20,642 nt of DNA from Cyanobacteria bacterium P01_D01_bin.44. Lineage in GTDB: Bacteria; Cyanobacteriota; Cyanobacteriia; Phormidesmidales; Phormidesmidaceae. The position numbers and the translations under genes are program-made. Below, in pieces: positions 15,499 to 20,642 of the stretch. Location of the stretch: the NCBI GenBank assembly GCA_039200855.1, contig JBCCRZ010000029.1, positions 1 through 20,642 of the forward strand, given 5' to 3'. The number at the start of each line of letters is the position of its first letter. Within the stretch, counting starts at the first letter, position 1. The notes under the pieces were generated by a model that saw nothing but the letters and a program-made list of their open reading frames with translations, ran no database searches and had not been told where the DNA came from.

Positions 15499-16898
15499 TC
15501 CTCTACCCTCGCTAGGTTGGCTAGCTGAGCAATGCTCAGGGGTCTGATCGGGGGACGCACCCGAAATGGTGGATAGTCGGCGACGGGGCACTGATGAGCA
15601 GCAGCAACAATATGGGCCACTGCTGGGGCACACTGCCTGCCCTGGCAAGGCCCCATCCCACAGCGGAGATAAAATTTAACCTGGTTGGGATCGGCATGGC
15701 CGCCCTGGACAGCCTGGCGGATTTGCCCCGCCGAAATTTCTTCACACCGGCAGACTAAGGTTTCGTCATCGGAGGGGACGAGAAGTGACTCTGGTAGGCG
15801 GGATAAGGCTTCTAGAAAGGGGCGAACTTTCAAATCTCGCCGCAACCCCTTGAGATCCGCCTTACCCTGACGATCCCGCTGTTGGGAGTTGATTAGATTC
15901 AATCTTCGAGCCGCTTCCAGGGCTGCTAACCGACCACGATGTTCGGCGCTACGCGCCCCCCCAATCCCGGCATTATCGCCCACGACTACAATCCCCGGCA
16001 CAGTCGTATTGCCCCACTGATCCACCTGGGGACGCCAACTCTGTTGACCCTGATCCCAGATCTGCTGGCAACCTGCGGCTCGGGTCAGGTTAGTTCTGGG
16101 GATCACCCCAAAATGCACCAGGAGACTGTCTGTGCTGATGGTCTCGCGCCGACGGATGCCCAGACTATCCCAACCGTATTCCACTGCCTCGATGTGCTTG
16201 TCACCTTGAGCCTGTAAGTGAGAAATCCCGTAGTAAATGGGCACGCCCGCTTTATTGAGATCCAGGGTGTATTTCAACCCACGGGTAATGTAATCTCCAG
16301 CGCCTAATGCCCTCGGTAAATGAGGAGCAGCCCGCCACAAGTTGCTGCCAGGGGAGAGGTCTAGCACAGCTTTCACCGAGACCCCAGCCCGGACGTATTG
16401 CCAGGCCACCAACAGGGGCAACGGCCCAGTTCCGGCGATGACCGTCCCATTAGCGGGCACCACCCCAGTGGTTTTCAGCAATATCTGGGCTGCGCCTGCA
16501 TTCATCACCCCTGGCAACGTCCAGCCCAGAAAGGGGACGGGGCGCTCCATGGCCCCACTGGCCACAATCACCTGCTCCGCTTGAATGAGGGAAGCTTGTT
16601 CGTGGCGCAAGATGCCAATCTGACGCTGAGCATTCAAAGACCAAACGGTTGTCTGGGGTAAATACTGGGCTCCACTGGCGTCAAAGGCTTTTACCAGGTC
16701 AGCACCGTGCTGGTAATCGGCCCCCAGCAATCTTGCCCGGTCTGCGGGAGCATTTGAGATTGCCCGGTAAATTTGTCCACCGGGGGAGGGTTGCTCATCG
16801 AAGACCACCACATCCATGCCCAGACTGGCCGCGGTGGTCGCCGCACACAGCCCCCCAGGCCCGGCCCCAATCACCACGAGCTGGTATGACTCAGGCAT
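15495..16898 (-). CDS. NAD(P)/FAD-dependent oxidoreductase with C-terminal BFD-like [2Fe-2S] motif (opine oxidase subunit A / HcnB-like)
   Basis: ORF track 15495..16907 (GTG). ATG 16898 gives MPESYQLVVIGAGPGGLCAATTAASLG. There is a second dinucleotide fold (VIAGTGPLPLLVA). The C-terminal Cys cluster is CRCEEIS...YLRCGMGPCQGRQC. Confidence 0.8.
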   Translation of the reverse strand: MPESYQLVVIGAGPGGLCAATTAASLGMDVVVFDEQPSPGGQIYRAISNAPADRARLLGADYQHGADLVKAFDASGAQYLPQTTVWSLNAQRQIGILRHEQASLIQAEQVIVASGAMERPVPFLGWTLPGVMNAGAAQILLKTTGVVPANGTVIAGTGPLPLLVAWQYVRAGVSVKAVLDLSPGSNLWRAAPHLPRALGAGDYITRGLKYTLDLNKAGVPIYYGISHLQAQGDKHIEAVEYGWDSLGIRRRETISTDSLLVHFGVIPRTNLTRAAGCQQIWDQGQQSWRPQVDQWGNTTVPGIVVVGDNAGIGGARSAEHRGRLAALEAARRLNLINSQQRDRQGKADLKGLRRDLKVRPFLEALSRLPESLLVPSDDETLVCRCEEISAGQIRQAVQGGHADPNQVKFYLRCGMGPCQGRQCAPAVAHIVAAAHQCPVADYPPFRVRPPIRPLSIAQLANLARVEE

Positions 16899-17187
16899 CT
16901 TCCCCACCGACTCCCCGCTGGCGGCAAATCTTCATGCCTTCTGCTACCTGCACTTGACAGGCTTGACGGTTGGGCACGCCGTCGATTTCCATCAGGCACT
17001 CAAAACACACCCCCATCATACATAAAGGGGCACGAGGTGCCCCCGACAGAGGTGTGGTACGGGTATACCCTAACCCATGGACTAAAACAGCCGCAGCCAC
17101 TGTCTCATCTGCAGGAACTTGGACCTCCTCACTTTCAATATTGACGGTTACCGTCGGGTCACTCAGGTCACTCAGACGCTTAAACAT
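16891..17187 (-). CDS. Small (2Fe-2S)-binding subunit (HcnA / sarcosine-oxidase-alpha N-terminal-like)
   Basis: 98 aa: TVNIESEEVQVPADETVAAAVL...PLCMMGVCFECLMEIDGVPNRQACQVQV. This is the Cys pattern of the small subunit of HcnABC-type enzymes. Its 3' end overlaps the next gene's start by 8 nt. Confidence 0.75.
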   Translation of the reverse strand: MFKRLSDLSDPTVTVNIESEEVQVPADETVAAAVLVHGLGYTRTTPLSGAPRAPLCMMGVCFECLMEIDGVPNRQACQVQVAEGMKICRQRGVGGEDA

Positions 17188-17220
17188 GTTTGGTTGCCTC
17201 CCCAGTCCATTGTCCCAGCA

Positions 17221-18282
17221 TCAGACCTTCACCTTCGAGGCCAGATCAGGATGCTCAAACACCATACTCTGTTGCAGGTCTAGCTGGGTCCCCTGGTGGT
17301 GTTTCTTGGCTCGATTGAACATTGCCGTTGCGATCGCAACATCAATATAGGCCAGACCCACAGCATTAAAATAGATCCGCTCTGCCGCCGATTCACGCCC
17401 TGGCTTTTTCCCCGACACCAATTCATGCAGATCGGCATGGATACTGTTAGCGCCAATCAGCCCTTCTTTATACATCCGGCTTAACGTCTGGGTCCGGTGG
17501 GTGACCGTTTCCCAGTCGTCGCACACGATTTTATCGGCCTGTAAGGCCACTTCATATTCATCCTCCCAGCCCCCCACATGGCTATAGAAAGCACCGGGTT
17601 TCATCCAGACCGCTTTGAGTAAGGGGGCCTGGGCGCTGGTGGCGGTTACCAGAATATCCGCACCCTCCATGGCTTTTTGAGCATCCGTATTCGTTGAGAA
17701 AAACTCCATATCTGGATACAACCGTGAGAGCTCAGCAACGAATTGTTCTTCATGGGTCACCTGGTAGTCTGATACTCGACATTGCTTAAGCCCAGGACAT
17801 ACCGCTTTCATTGCGATTAAATGCATCTTCGCCTGCTCGCCGGCCCCAATGAACCCAATCACTTCAGAGTCTGGGCGAGCTAGGCGCTTGGCCGCAATCC
17901 CACCCATAGCAGCTACCCGCATATTCGATGCGAGCGTCCCTTCCATAACACAGATAGGAAACCCCGTTTCAATTTCCGAAAGGATAAAAATAGCCGATAA
18001 ATTTTGCTGGTCGTGCTGGCTGGGATTCATCGGAAAGACCGACACCCATTTCACGCCGCACACCTTTTCATCTAAAAGCGTTGCCGGTAAACAGTTAATC
18101 CGTTCTTGGGTGGCCTGATTAAAAATCTGTACAATTTTCTCAGGAAAAATGACATGATGCCTCTCAAATTCGAGCATGCCTTTTTCTGCGACATCCATCA
18201 CCATCCGGATGTCCATACAACCTGCATCCAGGAGGTCTTCCTGGGATAAATAAGTGAATCTGAGACTATGTTTGTGAGTCAT
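17221..18282 (-). CDS. Ornithine cyclodeaminase / mu-crystallin family NAD(P)-dependent enzyme
   Basis: 353 aa. Motifs: VCGVKWVSVFPMNP, TLASNMRVAAMGG (T..R.AA), Rossmann VIGFIGAGEQAKMHL, ADILVTATSAQAPLL, PGAFYSHVGG, NAVGLAYIDVAIA. It lies 33 nt upstream of the 2Fe-2S subunit gene on the same strand. Confidence 0.85.
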   Translation of the reverse strand: MTHKHSLRFTYLSQEDLLDAGCMDIRMVMDVAEKGMLEFERHHVIFPEKIVQIFNQATQERINCLPATLLDEKVCGVKWVSVFPMNPSQHDQQNLSAIFILSEIETGFPICVMEGTLASNMRVAAMGGIAAKRLARPDSEVIGFIGAGEQAKMHLIAMKAVCPGLKQCRVSDYQVTHEEQFVAELSRLYPDMEFFSTNTDAQKAMEGADILVTATSAQAPLLKAVWMKPGAFYSHVGGWEDEYEVALQADKIVCDDWETVTHRTQTLSRMYKEGLIGANSIHADLHELVSGKKPGRESAAERIYFNAVGLAYIDVAIATAMFNRAKKHHQGTQLDLQQSMVFEHPDLASKVKV

Positions 18283-18691
18283 AAAGAGGATTCCTAAAAC
18301 TTACTGTGAAAAACATTTAGTCAATACTCAACTCGACTGGAAGAGAAAAAGCCTAGGCGAGCATGGGATTTGGATTGCCTCAAGAGCATATAATCTAATC
18401 TGTTTAGCCATTTTGATCACCAAACAAACCGATGAAAACATTTCCTGTCTCAAATCAACTAGCAACGACACTCATTTCTATCATGGCTTCTTCTTGCTGA
18501 AGGAAACATATAAATTTAATTTTCTAAAACATTGTTACGTTGCTTTAAATTTACCAATCTACCTATCCATCCCAGGATTGACAGTTCAGAACACCAGCAA
18601 CGTGTTATGGATTTGAGCATCTCTGAAAATGAAAGCTCCACGTGTGAGCTGACTACTTGAATCCAGCCTAAACGGCGACACTAGAGAAAAC

Positions 18692-19411
18692 GGCTGTGTT
18701 GCAAGAAGTTAGTTAGGAGAGGATTTTCCTGCCGATAGATCCTTGATTAGCCAGCCACTCCGAAGAGCTCGTGGATGAAAGAGAGCTGTCCTATAACATC
18801 GCCTTTGTCGATATCTTTGACCTGTCCCTTACGAATCATATTCATTGCCTCATAACCTCTGAGGGTTCGTCTGGCCGTGTTGAATGAGCTAAACCCCAGG
18901 CCAGGTTTGATGCGTCGTTTGATGAATCTATGGTCCTGTTCGACAATTATGATTTGATTTGAGCACTTTCTTGAGAAAGCATTTGGCGGCTTTGGCATCC
19001 CGCTTAGCACTGAGCATGAAGTCCAGGGTATTGCCTTCAGAATCGACGGCTCGATAGAGGTATTTCCACACGCCTTTGATTTTGATGTACGTTTCATCCA
19101 CCCTCCATTAATCATGGGTGGGACTCAGATGCGGGCGGCAACGCTTGTCTAATTCCCGGCTGTAAGCCTGGACCCAACGAAAGATAGTGGTGTGATCGAC
19201 TTTGAGGCCACGCTCACGCATCATTTCCTCCAAATCTCGATAGCTCAAGCTATAGCGCAGATACCATTGGACATTCAGCAGGATGATCTCAGGTTTGAAA
19301 TGACACCACTTAAACGGTTTTGAGGAAGACATGGACTATTGGCAGATGCGATCGAGCAGACTTTAGATTAACCTGGAATTATAAAATGGGGCGCTTTTTT
19401 GCAACGGAACC
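18692..19411 (-). mobile_element. Degenerate IS6-family insertion sequence (~720 bp) with recognisable terminal inverted repeats
   Basis: Left end GGCTGTGTTGCAAG (18692-18705). The right end reverse-complements to GGTTCCGTTGCAAAAAA (19411 back to 19395). Both fit the IS6/IS26-type GGnnnnGTTGCAA terminus. The transposase pseudogene lies inside. The element is ~100 bp shorter than typical IS6 members, consistent with the internal deletion. The flanking 8-mers (gagaaaac and ggaactcc) do not match, so no target-site duplication is seen. Confidence 0.75.
18747..19332 (-). pseudogene. IS6-family DDE transposase pseudogene (in-frame stop plus out-of-frame internal deletion)
   Basis: The N-terminus FKWCHFKPEIILLNVQWYLRYSLSYRDLEEMMRERGLKVDHTTIFRWVQ is classic IS6. 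An in-frame TAA at 19108-19110 is followed in the same frame by WRVDETYIKIKGVWKYLYRAVDSEGNTLDFMLSAKRDAKAAKCFLKKVLKS, ending at a TAG (18928-18930). The C-terminus (IVEQDHRFIKRRIKPGLGFSSFNTARRTLRGYEAMNMIRKGQV) continues in the +1 frame. The ~40-45 aa that normally carry the second catalytic Asp are missing. Confidence 0.85.
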
Positions 19412-19473
19412 GGAACTCCTCGGATTGAAGCGTTTCCAACAGACCTAATCCAACTGCTTCAAAACGGAAGCTC

Positions 19474-19502
19474 AGCCATCGTTAACTGATGGCTTATTTT
19501 GT
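19474..19502 (+). terminator. Weak intrinsic-terminator-like hairpin
   Basis: AGCCATC (19474-19480), loop gttaact, GATGGCT (19488-19494), followed by TATTTTGT. The stem is only 7 bp. It lies between the IS remnant and the NRPS gene, with no obvious upstream plus-strand gene to terminate. Confidence 0.3.
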
Positions 19503-19607
19503 CGTGAAAGTGTAACCTGAAAACCCCAGTTTTTGCACCATGCCCGAAACTTAGCAACCATCCGAGCGCAGCGCGTCCAGGACAGGGCGGATGGCACTGG
19601 TCAGCAT

Positions 19608-19648
19608 AAACCTGAATAAACCTGAATAAACCTGAATTTAAACCTGAA
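19608..19648 (+). repeat. Direct-repeat array of AAACCTGAA, 4 copies spaced 10, 10 and 12 bp
   Basis: Copies are at 19608-19616, 19618-19626, 19628-19636 and 19640-19648. A fifth copy, TAACCTGAA, is at 19513-19521. The array ends 95 nt upstream of the NRPS ATG. Confidence 0.85.
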
Positions 19649-19742
19649 CAAATATGACATTTTAGGGATTTTCTCTGTCAGCCATCTCCGACATGATTGA
19701 GGCATATCGAACAAGCCAGCCTTTCACCACAGGAGAGATATC

Positions 19743-20642
19743 ATGGCATCCCCGAATTTTCATTTATCGATTGCCCAAGAGAGGCTGTGGTGCCTGTCGC
19801 AGATGGAAGGAACCTCGGCGACGTACCATATGAGTCGATCATTTCATATAGAAGGGTGTCTAGATATCAAGGTCTTAGAAAAGGCTATCGATGAAGTGGT
19901 GCGTCGCCATGCAGTGTTGCGAACTACGTTTTCTACTCTAGATGGGTTACCGGTGCAAGCGATTGACCCGGCCATGAAGATACCTCTGCAGGTGATCGAG
20001 GGGTCAAATCTGAATGGATCTCTTCCCGATTGGTTGAACCAAGCAACACAGCAACCCTTTGATTTGGACGCAGAACCGCTACTGCGGGTGAAGCTGGTTC
20101 AACTGAAGGAGGAAGAATCCGTCTTACTGATCATCATGCATCACCTTATCGGCGATGACGGATCAATGGAGATATTTATTAACGAGCTCGCCAGTCTCTA
20201 TGCAGCCTATTGCCACGAACAACCATCTCCTTTGCCCCCATTGCCGCTTCAGTATAGTGATTACCACCTCTATCAAAGACAGGGGTTGCAAGCGGACGTA
20301 CTCGAGACACAACTGGGGTATTGGGAGCAACAACTCGCAGAGCTGCCAGCATTATTGGAACTGCCTACAGATTATTCCCGACTGGTCATGCAAACCTTTC
20401 GGGGGCAGACCCACACCGTACAGCTACCCCTGGCCTTGAGCCAAGACGTCAAAGCCCTAGCACAACAGCAAGGGGTATCGCTGTTCATGGTATTGCTGGA
20501 GGTCTTCCAACTGCTCCTCTATCGCTATAGTGGACAGCAAGATATCGTGGTGGGCACCCCTGTTGCCAATCGACAGCGGGCCGAGTTGGAGGCGTTAATG
20601 GGTTTATTTGCTAACACCCTGGCCCTGCGGGTGCAGATTGAT
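19743..20642 (+). CDS. Non-ribosomal peptide synthetase, 5' partial (N-terminal condensation domain; continues beyond window)
   Basis: This open frame is absent from the ORF track because it has no stop in the window (300 codons). ATG 19743 is the first start after an in-frame TGA (19698-19700), with AGGAGAG 5 nt upstream. C-domain core motifs occur in order: SIAQERLWCL (C1), RRHAVLRTTF (C2), MHHLIGDDGS (C3, 20136-20165), QYSDYHLYQ (C4), MGLFANTLALR (C5). Confidence 0.9.
   Translation, partial: MASPNFHLSIAQERLWCLSQMEGTSATYHMSRSFHIEGCLDIKVLEKAIDEVVRRHAVLRTTFSTLDGLPVQAIDPAMKIPLQVIEGSNLNGSLPDWLNQATQQPFDLDAEPLLRVKLVQLKEEESVLLIIMHHLIGDDGSMEIFINELASLYAAYCHEQPSPLPPLPLQYSDYHLYQRQGLQADVLETQLGYWEQQLAELPALLELPTDYSRLVMQTFRGQTHTVQLPLALSQDVKALAQQQGVSLFMVLLEVFQLLLYRYSGQQDIVVGTPVANRQRAELEALMGLFANTLALRVQID

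Noticed and set aside
15499-15648. N-terminal 50-aa extension (MPGQAVCPSSGPYCCCCSS...) of the DAO-family ORF
   Set aside because: It overlaps the alpha-subunit gene. The GxGxxG fold begins right after Met51, and the ATGA overlap is a classic coupled start. High GC content suppresses stop codons and lengthens spurious frames.
15301-17350. Many 60-126-aa plus-strand ORFs (15301-15528, 15685-15870, 15939-16217, 16342-16661, 16649-16957, 16816-17025, 16970-17350) and the minus-strand ORFs 15536-15745 and 16450-16644
   Set aside because: These are shadow ORFs antisense to, or out of frame with, well-supported minus-strand genes in a GC-rich stretch. They have Arg/Pro/Gly-rich low-complexity translations with no motifs.
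18413-18616. 67-aa plus-strand ORF in the AT-rich spacer between the OCD-family gene and the IS6 element
   Set aside because: It has an AT-rich, low-complexity translation, no SD and no motif. The region is more plausibly the promoter/leader of the minus-strand operon plus IS-flanking DNA.
18684-19419. 8-bp target-site duplication flanking the IS6 element
   Set aside because: The flanks are gagaaaac (18684-18691) and ggaactcc (19412-19419), which do not match. IS6 members often lack duplications after cointegrate resolution or recombination, so this neither supports nor refutes the IS call.
19608-19648. Short direct repeats considered as a CRISPR array
   Set aside because: The units are 9-10 bp with no spacers, far below CRISPR repeat/spacer dimensions, and no cas genes are present.
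19697-20530. Track ORFs 19697-19894, 20155-20439 and 20321-20530
   Set aside because: They are out of frame with the open-ended NRPS reading frame (19743 onward), which carries ordered C1-C5 condensation motifs.

Overview
The DNA looks cyanobacterial: it carries five exact HIP1 octamers (GCGATCGC). It splits into two compositional halves. GC values are hand counts on sampled 60-nt lines, and all protein family calls are by-eye motif recognition with no HMM or BLAST run.

Left half (1 to ~14.3 kb, roughly 38-48% GC), in order:
- a DJ-1/PfpI gene
- glgX
- a ~720-aa AGE-family (alpha/alpha)6 enzyme with a C-terminal STAS domain
- a tight four-gene operon of unknown role (NTF2-like, double CMD/AhpD-like, divergent amidohydrolase-2-like, DUF59-like)
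- a 502-bp intergenic region containing a GC-rich palindromic module
- a two-component pair: the response regulator is fused to a thioredoxin-reductase-like flavoprotein with no CxxC, and the kinase has a CAP/cNMP-type sensor domain
- a convergent FAD monooxygenase and a DsbA-like gene

Right half (~14.3 to 20.6 kb, roughly 50-62% GC):
- a minus-strand, translationally coupled operon encoding an OCD/mu-crystallin enzyme plus a three-subunit HcnABC/opine-oxidase-type flavoenzyme (small 2Fe-2S subunit, alpha, beta)
- decayed IS6-family elements on both sides of that operon; the one at 14051-14260 is not in the ORF track
- an array of AAACCTGAA repeats
- the 5' end of an NRPS gene that opens directly with a condensation domain and runs off the window

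Best candidates for undescribed biology:
- the IS-bracketed flavoenzyme/OCD island next to the NRPS
- the REC-TrxR-like / cNMP-kinase pair
- the AGE-STAS fusion beside glgX
- the NTF2/CMD/amidohydrolase/DUF59 operon
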